Source: an uncultured Saprospiraceae bacterium
GTDB lineage: Bacteria; Bacteroidota; Bacteroidia; Chitinophagales; Saprospiraceae
Assembly: GCA_963793295.1 (NCBI GenBank)
Contig: CAWBZX010000031.1
Location: 45-64,044, forward strand
DNA length: 64,000 nucleotides
Direction: 5' to 3'
In this document: in pieces, positions 57,001 to 64,000 of the stretch
How positions within the stretch are numbered: position 1 is the stretch's first letter
Layout of the letters: every line of letters starts with the position of its first letter
Position numbers and translations under genes: made by a program
The notes under the pieces: model-generated
Seen by the model: the letters and a program-made list of their open reading frames with translations, nothing else
Databases searched by the model: none
What the model was told of the DNA's origin: nothing

Positions 57001-57942
57001 CCAACGGTGTTTTCGCAAGCTACGGATATAGATAATTTTTCCATTCTTACGCTTAATATGACCAACTTCAATGTTGAAAATAAAAAAGTCGGATTAAATT
57101 TTAAATATAAAACTACACCACTGCATGGTACGGTGGAAGCAGCAGAACTTGACAATAAAGTACAGATAAGAGGCTCTGATAATGATGAATGGATTATACT
57201 TTATAAACTGAATGATAATGAATTGGAATGGAAGTCAGTGGAAGGTCTGAATCTGAGTGAATTATTACAGGTAAATGGACAAGAATACAGCTCCAGCTTT
57301 CAAATTCGATTCAGTCAAAATAATATTTCTGAATGTGAGATTGATGAGATTTCATTATTTGATTTGGAGCTAGATACTCCTCACGAAGTCTTACAGATTG
57401 TAAACTTTACAGGTGAGTTGGTAGGTGAGAATGTAATTCTTTCCTGGTCTACGACTATTGAACCAGTAGACGAAATTTTTGAAATACAGGTAGCCGATAA
57501 TTATGATTTAGGAAATGATGATGAATTTGAGGTAATCGGAACTGTAAACGGAATTGGCACAACAACACAACCATATATTTTTAACGACACCAGGCCCGGG
57601 AAAAAAGGAAAAAAGTATTATCGTTTAAAGCAGTTTGATGCTGAAGGCAACTTTACCTTTTCACCGGTGCTTATGGTGGATTATGATTTCCAAAAAAACG
57701 AAGTATTTCCAAATCCTTTCTCTGACTTATTGATTGTTCAGTATAATGGGGAAATTGAAACAACTGTTGATTTATTTCTTTCTGATAATAACGGACGAAT
57801 TATTGAACAATTGAGCGCTATAGCTCAAGTTGGAACAAAGGATATAACATTTGAAATTAATAAAGAATTACCAGCAGGGATGTATTTTCTCCGGATTGTT
57901 AGCCAAGGAAAGGCAAGCTTCCATAAGTTATTTAAAAAATAA
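54037..57942 (+). CDS. S8 (subtilisin-like) serine peptidase with T9SS type A C-terminal sorting domain
   Basis: Catalytic triad contexts VVVGVGDGG (Asp), GDHGDHVAGIIGG (His), GGTSMAAPSVTGILALL (Ser). Signal peptide present. CTD VFPNPFSDLLIVQYNG...GMYFLRIVSQGKASFHKLFKK. Confidence 0.9.
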   Translation: MRKLRKVLMAMPLLCLSVSIILAQTNENSVNQGLKDFYQKRAAFQDAKSGNNYYVLIQFDKLPNKSQILELEKKHIQLIEYRSKNTYLAIVPKNIDESTLKRLNVIDVQKPVATQKLFESLLNKDYPEWAVQEPGTVDIAIVFYEKTPQSKIQSVLNNFNINILENKHRGNTTIVGRIAHNKIEELTKSALVAYVDVIQEPVYILNHESRLALRTNVLNSTAPGGYGLLGHGVVVGVGDGGQLGEHLDFGSRVFNEANGTYSSFGDHGDHVAGIIGGDGSLNPRHHGMAPDCQLVTQKTSLITYNVEEYFNNYGMVLTNNSYGTSFNCTTNGSYNYSAQTLDWQMREFPEVLHVYAAGNSGGGTCEPYPQGYKTVLRYYQSAKNVLTVGNVGEDRIIASGSSRGPVLDGRIKPEICGIGKSVISTGREYNYKQKGGTSMAAPSVTGILALLVEKYRNINAGQNPEGGLLKAIACNTADDLGNPGPDYIYGFGLINARRAIETLEDTNYFIDNIDQGDNHLHNITVPSDTRQLKLMLYWHDKEAAVYPQKALVNDLDIELITPDGSTILPWVLNIDPSHVADIASRGNDTLNNIEQITIDLPMAGDYTIIVNGTNIPFGNQRYFVTYETIANEIVVTHPFGGEDLIPGDTEYVQWDADPNNTNSFKVEYSLDGGNSWLLIAPAVESDKRFVNWTLPEVSVDNAIVRVSKNGDAVYGESNMFFSILSPPENFVAETVCEGMIELSWDAVDYAVRYQVLMDTGDEMAVIGTTSDTSYVVDDELGFGEKYWFSVKAINVNNQSSERVTAQYGIPEDIETCPWEDDPIAEAIITSTRGREKTQKSLSNAESISVMVRNMGTNSIADFNLYYSINGGVPIEETFTGTIEPGDSVIYEFSQTADLSEGGIHNIDSWVFLDNDTHNFNDSIVGQYAVVQIENKPVSLPFFEKFDGIENNVYTENKLGLVGAQRWDFETQGFGKLIANSSDGSLAMSPTVFSQATDIDNFSILTLNMTNFNVENKKVGLNFKYKTTPLHGTVEAAELDNKVQIRGSDNDEWIILYKLNDNELEWKSVEGLNLSELLQVNGQEYSSSFQIRFSQNNISECEIDEISLFDLELDTPHEVLQIVNFTGELVGENVILSWSTTIEPVDEIFEIQVADNYDLGNDDEFEVIGTVNGIGTTTQPYIFNDTRPGKKGKKYYRLKQFDAEGNFTFSPVLMVDYDFQKNEVFPNPFSDLLIVQYNGEIETTVDLFLSDNNGRIIEQLSAIAQVGTKDITFEINKELPAGMYFLRIVSQGKASFHKLFKK

Positions 57943-58001
57943 AGAAGATATTCCATGAAGATACCTTGATAAGTTGCATAGCAATGATTCTCATTTTGTT
58001 G

Positions 58002-58033
58002 AAAGCACCTCTTAATATTAGAGGTGTTTTTTT
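58002..58033 (+). terminator. Rho-independent terminator after the S8 peptidase gene
   Basis: CACCTCT pairs with AGAGGTG, followed by TTTTTTT. Confidence 0.7.
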
Positions 58034-58043
58034 AATTAGGTAT

Positions 58044-58085
58044 AAAATGTCAACTTTTTTTTAATAAAAGTTGACATTTTTTTTC
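58044..58085. terminator. Second, bidirectional-looking hairpin terminator
   Basis: AAAATGTCAACTTTT pairs with AAAAGTTGACATTTT, flanked by A- and T-runs. Confidence 0.6.
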
Positions 58086-58328
58086 ATTAATTAAAATTAT
58101 TTTTTCACAATTATTAAGTAAATACGGTTAATGTATTTTACTATAACATTGATAATGAATGTTTTACGAAAAATAGATATTATTTTATAAAATCATAAAA
58201 ATCACACAACATGGTAAAAATGTCTTTGTTCTAGGCATGTAATAGCTTTATAATTGTATTGTGATTGATAGGGAAATGAAGAAGTAAGGAAAAGTTAGCT
58301 AAAAGAGGTTAACAAAATTTAAAAAGAA

Positions 58329-58392
58329 ATATGTTCATGGGATTATAATTTGTTAATAGTGAGTCGTCTTGTTCCCAACACGACGACTCGCT
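58329..58392 (+). ncRNA. Conserved 26-nt core plus hairpin element, copy 1 (candidate small RNA or cis element)
   Basis: ATATGTTCATGGGATTATAATTTGTT, then TAGTGAGTCG, then stem GAGTCGTC...GACGACTC. No family recognised; strand assigned from copy 2. Confidence 0.35.
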
Positions 58393-58512
58393 GTTATCAG
58401 CTTCTCGGAACAAAATAGTTTTCAACTTTGTTTTATTGGTGAGTTGAATAACTAAAGATCTTGGTCGCAACGTCGATCAACAGCTGGTTGAAAAATCGGC
58501 ACACAAATTTGG

Positions 58513-58585
58513 ATATGTTCATGGGATTATAATTTGTTGTAGTGAGTCGCGTTTCCACCTAAGGTTACGCGACTTTCTATTTTTT
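58513..58585 (+). ncRNA. Conserved 26-nt core plus hairpin element, copy 2 (with T-run)
   Basis: Identical 26-nt core and TAGTGAGTCG. Stem GAGTCGCG...CGCGACTT followed by TCTATTTTTT, which is terminator-like on the plus strand. Starts 184 bp after copy 1. Confidence 0.4.
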
Positions 58586-58638
58586 AGGCCATTCCAAAAT
58601 GCTTTTCTACCCTTAAAATATCAAACTGAATACGACAT

Positions 58639-58679
58639 TAAAAAATAAGGAGCGACCTGCTCAGCACGGGCAGATCGCT
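58639..58679 (-). terminator. Probable terminator after the SprB-repeat gene (minus strand)
   Basis: Minus strand reads AGCGATCTGC-loop-GCAGGTCGCT (one G-U wobble) followed by CCTTATTTTTT. An additional hairpin lies at 58712..58746, directly after the stop. Confidence 0.55.
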
Positions 58680-58748
58680 ACCTTTATAGTTAACAATTGG
58701 TTTACAGTTTGAATTGACTGAAAATTAAAATTATTTTCGGTCAATTGA

Positions 58749-61700
58749 TTATTGAGGAGTAATGCTCACATCACCTTTATGCAATTTTGTTTTGCCATCA
58801 ATATATTCTACTTCAATCAAATACACATAAACTCCTGATTGTAATCTTTGCCCTTTAAAAGTACCATTCCATCCTTCCTCTTCATGGCTAGGAGCAAAAT
58901 CAGTTTTGCTGAAAATTTCCCCGCCCCAACGATCAAATAAATGCATTGATTTGATACTGCTGACATTTTCTCCAGCATAGACTGTGAAGTAATCATTTAC
59001 TCCATCATTATTTGGGGTGAAGGCATTTGGTATATAAACATCTCTCTTTGGTATTACATGCACTATTATCTCATCAGATGCAGTACATCCAAATTCGTTT
59101 GTTACAGTTAAGGTATAAACACCTGATTCGGTTGGTCTTAATGTGGGACTTGGGCAAGTTCTACAACTTAATCCTTCTACTTCTTCCCAGCTATATGTTA
59201 CGCCATCAGTAATATTTACAATCGTTTCGATTTGGAAATAATCCCCAAGCGTTAATTGTATATCGTCATTAATCGCTACCTGAATACCTGGGGTTTGTTC
59301 TATGGTGACGGTTTCTATTGTTGTGCAACCATATTCATTTGAAATGATCACTGAATAAGAACCAGTTTTTAAATTTTCTGCATGATTGCTATAGCTGACA
59401 GGTTTGCCATCATTATTTAACCATTCAAAAGTATAAGTCATTGTTGAATCAAGTAAAACGATTCCTGCTGCTCCATTGTCTCCTTCACAATCTGCTTGAT
59501 CAACAATAATACTTTGGACTTCAGGAACTTCATTTTTGCCCATTTCAATTTGTCCGATTGCAGAGCATCCGATTGCATCTGTTACCGTCACTGTATATTT
59601 ACCGTAGGATAAATCTGTAAGCAGGTTTTTATTTTCTCCATTCATCCATTCATAAGAGTAAGGTTCTGTTCCTCCGATACCTTCAATTTCAATAATTCCA
59701 TCCGCATTGCCACAATTTTCAAATCCAATTTCTAAAATTTCAACAGTTACATGATTCACTTTAATAGAGATGGGATTGGAAATAGCTGTCGACAATGATT
59801 CACAGGCATCAGGGTTTGTGATCAGACAAGTCACAGTTTGCTGACTACTTAGACCAGTTGTGATAAAAATGGAGTCGTTAGTAGAAACCGGAGTACCATC
59901 AATCATCCACTGGAAAGAGGCGTTTAATCCAAAATTGCTGCCAGATGCAGTAATAATAACTTCTTCTCCTGCACAAATTTCAGAAGTGTTTGATTCAATA
60001 TTAATTACTGGACTGATGCCGTCTGTGATAATTATTGATACTGGTTCAGATTCAACTACATTATTTTCGGAGCAGGTTATGTCAGCAGTTAAAATACAAG
60101 AAACAAGCTGGCCATTCAATAGTTGGCTGGTTGTAAATTCAGGTAAGTTAGCACCAACATTTAAACCATCGATTTGCCATTGAAACATGGGGTTTTGTCC
60201 AAAATTATTTCCAGAAGCGATAAAAGTAATTGGTTCGCCCGGGCAAGTTTCAGTAACATTTGGTGTGATAGTGATTGATGGAGGTGTTGAAGATATTACG
60301 TTCACAGAAATAGTGTTTGTGATGATTGTGTTTGTCGTAGCACAATTTTGATTAGTGTTGATAATGCATGTTATGTTTTGTCCCTCAGAAAGAATATCTG
60401 TTGTAAAAACCGGACTGTTATTTCCTGTATTAACGCCATCGATTTGCCATTGGAAACTTGGATTGTTGCCTAATTGGCTACCGATAACTGTAAAAGTTAT
60501 TGTTTCTCCTTCACATATTATTGCCTGATCCGCTTCGATGATTGCTTCTGGATTAGCTGAAGGGACAATGGTTAAAATAATTGGAGCTGATGATATGGTA
60601 TTTGCTGATAAACAATTATTATCGAAAGTCAATAAGCAATTTACGGAATCCTGATTGATAAGATTTGAAGCAGTAAAACTCTCTGTGTTTGCACCGATTA
60701 CCGGAACACCATTTATAGTCCATTGGTAGATTAGGTTAGTTTCATTTTCGATACCTGAAGTTATGACATTGAAAGTAGCCGATTCATTTTCACAAAAAGT
60801 GTTTTCATCTGCAATAATTTCAATAGAAACATTTGAAACAGGATTAATTGGTGCAATGAGTACTGGATTGGAAATGTGTGAATAAGAAGTGCAAAAAGTT
60901 GATAGTGTCAATTTACATTCAACTACGTCACCATCCATTAAACTTGAACTTGTGAAAGAAACATCAGATGCTCCGATTACATTTATACCATTAACAAACC
61001 ATTGTAACTCTGAGCCTGCCATGTCATTTTCAATAGTGGTGTTAAAAGTGTAAATAATATCATCGCAAGGGCCTTCTTGTGTTGCCTCAATTGAAACGGT
61101 AGGAAGGGCAGAAAGTGGCATGTGGGTTACAAGATAGTTTAATATGTTGGCTATTAATTCTTCGCTATTTAATGTACGGACCCAGTCCTGGTCACTTGTT
61201 GTAATTATTTTTCCATAAGTTGGCGTAACCGGGCAAAATATAAAGCCCCAATCAAAACCGTTATACTCTAGAATTGAATGAATCGTTGAATCGCCAGACC
61301 CGTAAGTTCCATACCAAAAATAAGTAAGGGCAGTGACGTTGTTTAGGTTATCTGCCAGGTCCCCAACTACATACATTGGCGCCAAACTACCTGTCAATTC
61401 TCCATCCCAGCTAAAGCTTCCTCCGAGGTTATTTATCAAATAGCTAAATAACTCATTTCCAGGAAGGTTGGTTAAATATTCTGATTGAATGTAAAGATTG
61501 CCACCTTGTTCGACAAATTGTTTGATAGTTTGTTGACGGTTTTCCGGTAAATTAATCAAGCCAGATGAAATAATTAAGATATCTGAGTTACCCAAATTAT
61601 TGATGTCGTCTAGAAATTCTTGAGAAGAGATGGTCGCATTATAGCCAAGGCTAATGGCTATGTTTTGCCAGTTTTCATCCATTTTATGGAGCGGATGGAT

Positions 61701-61796
61701 TGACTGACTTTCAATAATAGTAATGTTAGTGCTGAAAAGTGAGGCAGTGGCAAAGAAATATACCACCCCCACTAAAATGGTTTTGGTTAAATTCAT
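58749..61796 (-). CDS. Large cell-surface protein with Ig-like repeats, SprB repeats and a T9SS type B (gliding-motility-associated) C-terminal domain
   Basis: CTD YIPNAFTPNNDGVNDYFTVY...FDRWGGEIF...GWNGTFKGQRLQSGVYVYLIEV. SprB repeats CGNADGIIEIEGIGGTEPYSYEW and CEGDNGAAGIVLLD...YTFEW. About five Cys-framed Ig-like repeats. I prefer the ATG at 61796 (MNLTKTILVGVVYFFATASLFS signal peptide) to the TTG at 61940. Confidence 0.85.
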   Translation of the reverse strand: MNLTKTILVGVVYFFATASLFSTNITIIESQSIHPLHKMDENWQNIAISLGYNATISSQEFLDDINNLGNSDILIISSGLINLPENRQQTIKQFVEQGGNLYIQSEYLTNLPGNELFSYLINNLGGSFSWDGELTGSLAPMYVVGDLADNLNNVTALTYFWYGTYGSGDSTIHSILEYNGFDWGFIFCPVTPTYGKIITTSDQDWVRTLNSEELIANILNYLVTHMPLSALPTVSIEATQEGPCDDIIYTFNTTIENDMAGSELQWFVNGINVIGASDVSFTSSSLMDGDVVECKLTLSTFCTSYSHISNPVLIAPINPVSNVSIEIIADENTFCENESATFNVITSGIENETNLIYQWTINGVPVIGANTESFTASNLINQDSVNCLLTFDNNCLSANTISSAPIILTIVPSANPEAIIEADQAIICEGETITFTVIGSQLGNNPSFQWQIDGVNTGNNSPVFTTDILSEGQNITCIINTNQNCATTNTIITNTISVNVISSTPPSITITPNVTETCPGEPITFIASGNNFGQNPMFQWQIDGLNVGANLPEFTTSQLLNGQLVSCILTADITCSENNVVESEPVSIIITDGISPVINIESNTSEICAGEEVIITASGSNFGLNASFQWMIDGTPVSTNDSIFITTGLSSQQTVTCLITNPDACESLSTAISNPISIKVNHVTVEILEIGFENCGNADGIIEIEGIGGTEPYSYEWMNGENKNLLTDLSYGKYTVTVTDAIGCSAIGQIEMGKNEVPEVQSIIVDQADCEGDNGAAGIVLLDSTMTYTFEWLNNDGKPVSYSNHAENLKTGSYSVIISNEYGCTTIETVTIEQTPGIQVAINDDIQLTLGDYFQIETIVNITDGVTYSWEEVEGLSCRTCPSPTLRPTESGVYTLTVTNEFGCTASDEIIVHVIPKRDVYIPNAFTPNNDGVNDYFTVYAGENVSSIKSMHLFDRWGGEIFSKTDFAPSHEEEGWNGTFKGQRLQSGVYVYLIEVEYIDGKTKLHKGDVSITPQ

Positions 61797-62253
61797 GGAT
61801 ATTGGGATTCGTTTCCTAGGGGAGAAGTCTGTTAATAAACCAATTGTCTTCGGAGGGAAAGTTTTGTAAAATTGTAAATGGAGGGTGGTTAAGTTTTGGA
61901 TAAGTGATTCAAATATAGTAGCTAAACTAAAACAGCGCAAGTTTTATTTCTTTTATTCAATCCTTTTACTCGAATTAATGTGACAGGCAATTTTGGTTAT
62001 AAAAATTTGAAAGTCAATTATTTGAGTAATTATTAAGAATAAATATGACAAAATAATATATTGAAATATATCAATCTTAACTAAAAATGACCTTTCTTTT
62101 TTAAAAACAGGTATCGTTTTAGCAATGAAGAATGGTTTTGCTATTTTTTTGAAGTTTCGTGACTTGCCAAAATTTGACAAACACCAACTTAGGAAAGTGT
62201 GCTATTATTTTAAAAATTCAGCAAAGTTGATTTTGTGCAATATCGAGAGGTCT

Positions 62254-64000
62254 TTAGGACGAATAAGGTTTTTCTACAAAGTACATATCAATTTCCCCTT
62301 TGTTCTTTGCAGTGACTTTTCCCCGGTGATCGCATTTAAAATAATCTTTCACCAATTCATAGGTAGTGCCCGAGATATTTACTTTCCCTGATTCGCTATT
62401 GTCTTCCATTCGTGCAGCTACATTGACAGTATCTCCCCATACATCATATTGAAATTTTTTGGTTCCAACAATTCCGGCGACAACTTGTCCGGTATGAACA
62501 CCTATTCTAATTCCAAAACATGTTTTGCCATTTCGGGCGCGTTTTTCAGCGAGATTAGCCATGAAATCACGGATTTCAAGAGCTGCAAAAATAACATTTT
62601 GTGGATCTCTATTTTCACTGGTTGGAATTCCACCGACACACATATAAGCATCACCGATGGTTTTTATTTTTTCAATATTATACTTTTCAATAATAGCATC
62701 AAAATTTCTAAAACAATAATCGATTTCGGCAACTAATTCTTCAGGCTCAAGATGTTCAGCAATTTGTGTAAAACCTTTAAAATCAGTAAAAAGTACGGTA
62801 ACAGGTTCATGTCTTTTTGCTTTGGCTTTCCCAAATTTTTTAAGTTCTTCTGCAGTTTCTGCAGGAAGGATATTTAGCAGAAGTTCATCAGATTTTTTCA
62901 TCTCACGCTCCAATTCAGCAGTTCGTGCTTTTACCTGCCGCTGCAGTTCTCTTTTTTGTTGTTTACTACGAAATAACTGGTATTCAAGTATCCCAAATAC
63001 GGAGGCCAAAATCAATAAAAAGCATAGGCCAATAAACCACCAGGTTTTATAAAAAGCTTCATTTACAATTACCTTGATTGACATTTCCTCATTATTCCAA
63101 AGTCCTTTTCCTGAGGAGGCCCGAACCCTGAAAGTATATTCACCGGGAGGAATTCCATTGTATTTTGCTGAATTAACGGGAGATGGTTTTGACCAATCTT
63201 TATCATAACCATCAAGCATATAGCTAAAAGTATTCGAAGTAGGATTTTGATAATTTGCCAATGCAAACTGGAAAGAAAAGAACTTGTCGTTGTGTGATAA
63301 TTCAATGGTATTTACAGAAGACAAACCGATTTTTTTTGTGATAATACTATCGTAATTGCCATCTAATTTTGAAAATTCGGTAAATAAAATTTTATTGTCC
63401 TTGTATTTTCGTTCATATGAAAATTTGTCGGAAGGATAAAAGGCATTGATCCCGTTCATGCCACCAAAAAACATTCTGCCATTTTTTGCTCGATAAAATG
63501 ACACTCTGTTGAATTCATTAGCTGCTAGGCCATCTTGTTTATAAAAGTTAGTAGATTTTTCAGCATTCACATCAAATCGCGAAAGTCCATTGTCCGTGCT
63601 TAACCAAATGCAGCTATCTCCTTCAGAAAGTAACCCATTAATAAAATTATTAGGCAATCCTTGGCTTTTATCATAAATCTTTAATTTATCGGAAGACAGG
63701 TTCCATTTGTGCAAACCATTTCCTGTAGCAATCCAAAGGATACTATCCGCACTTTCGTAAACGCCATTAATTTTGTCATGTCGAAGCAAAGGTTTGCTTT
63801 GTTCATGAGTCCCATAATGAGCAATAACTCCCTTATTTTTATCTATTTTATACAAACCGCTTTCCAAAGTACACAGCCAAATCGCATCATCAATATTACT
63901 TTGGTAGAGATAATGGATATCCAGTTTGGCTGTGTCAATTAAATTTGATTGAAAATTGTATTTCGTAATATCACCGCTTTCAGGATTGTATTGATAAAGC
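62254..64000 (-). CDS. Beta-propeller (Reg_prop) / Y_Y_Y sensor fused via one TM helix to a class III adenylate/guanylate cyclase; 5' end outside the window
   Basis: Y_Y_Y region GIPPGEYTFRVRASSGKGLWNNEEMSIKV. TM helix WWFIGLCFLLILASVFGIL. Cyclase motifs VTVLFTDFKGFT, KTIGDAYMCVGGIP, WGDTVNVAARME. The frame is open from the called TTG (63867) to base 64000 (...YQYNPESGDITKYNFQSNLIDTAKLDIHYLYQ...). Confidence 0.85.
   Translation of the reverse strand, partial: LYQYNPESGDITKYNFQSNLIDTAKLDIHYLYQSNIDDAIWLCTLESGLYKIDKNKGVIAHYGTHEQSKPLLRHDKINGVYESADSILWIATGNGLHKWNLSSDKLKIYDKSQGLPNNFINGLLSEGDSCIWLSTDNGLSRFDVNAEKSTNFYKQDGLAANEFNRVSFYRAKNGRMFFGGMNGINAFYPSDKFSYERKYKDNKILFTEFSKLDGNYDSIITKKIGLSSVNTIELSHNDKFFSFQFALANYQNPTSNTFSYMLDGYDKDWSKPSPVNSAKYNGIPPGEYTFRVRASSGKGLWNNEEMSIKVIVNEAFYKTWWFIGLCFLLILASVFGILEYQLFRSKQQKRELQRQVKARTAELEREMKKSDELLLNILPAETAEELKKFGKAKAKRHEPVTVLFTDFKGFTQIAEHLEPEELVAEIDYCFRNFDAIIEKYNIEKIKTIGDAYMCVGGIPTSENRDPQNVIFAALEIRDFMANLAEKRARNGKTCFGIRIGVHTGQVVAGIVGTKKFQYDVWGDTVNVAARMEDNSESGKVNISGTTYELVKDYFKCDHRGKVTAKNKGEIDMYFVEKPYSS

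Noticed and set aside
58331-58348. Five-codon ORF MFMGL within the conserved 26-nt core, as a real leader peptide
   Set aside because: It is too short to evaluate, and no downstream gene exists to be attenuated because the region lies between convergent genes. It is kept only as an alternative reading within the twin-element finding.
61797-62391. N-terminal extension of the SprB-repeat gene from the TTG at 61940, plus small ORFs 61953..62180 (-) and 62125..62391 (+)
   Set aside because: The ATG at 61796 is followed immediately by a typical signal peptide, and the extension is not signal-like. The two small ORFs sit in AT-rich spacer or overlap the cyclase gene end, and have low-complexity translations.
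1-64000. tRNA, rRNA, tmRNA, transposase, integrase or other mobile-element signatures
   Set aside because: Scanning the intergenic regions by eye showed no T-arm-like GGTTCGAATCC-type sequences or rRNA-like stretches, and no ORF has DDE, tyrosine or serine recombinase motifs. Absence is by visual inspection only; tRNAscan or Infernal would be decisive.

Overview
Low-GC chromosomal segment whose gene content points to Bacteroidota: three cargo proteins with T9SS C-terminal sorting domains, SprB repeats, a 288-aa sigma-A, and a TAnnTTTG-type -7 box. The left third (1..19434) lies entirely on the minus strand, with genes mostly abutting or overlapping. It is a complete-looking phage-tail-derived contractile injection system operon (eCIS, Afp/PVC-like). 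In transcription order it encodes: a DUF4255 cap, an unknown 367-aa protein, the sheath, two tube proteins, a 55-aa DUF5908-like gene missed by the ORF track, a LysM tube initiator, a VgrG spike, PAAR, gp25, and two roughly 1000-aa baseplate proteins. A 206-bp structured gap follows, then an unknown 925-aa protein, a tape-measure-like protein, a DUF4157 protein carrying two HExxH motifs, and the first 49 codons of a further gene cut by the left edge. No capsid, terminase, integrase, lysis or T6SS membrane-complex genes are present in the window. The remainder holds housekeeping genes (mazG, rpsO-pnp, rpoD, purC) and an envelope-lipid gene group. It also holds a giant (>1969 aa) Cys-rich tandem-module T9SS protein whose signal peptide is out of frame, a duplicated MbnP/MbnH-type cluster, an S8 peptidase, and a SprB-repeat protein. 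An 0.8-kb non-coding gap contains twin motif-plus-hairpin elements, and a propeller/Y_Y_Y/class III cyclase gene is truncated by the right edge. I recognised no rRNA, tRNA, CRISPR array, transposase or integrase. All calls rest on reading the translated ORFs and the DNA by eye; no database search was run.
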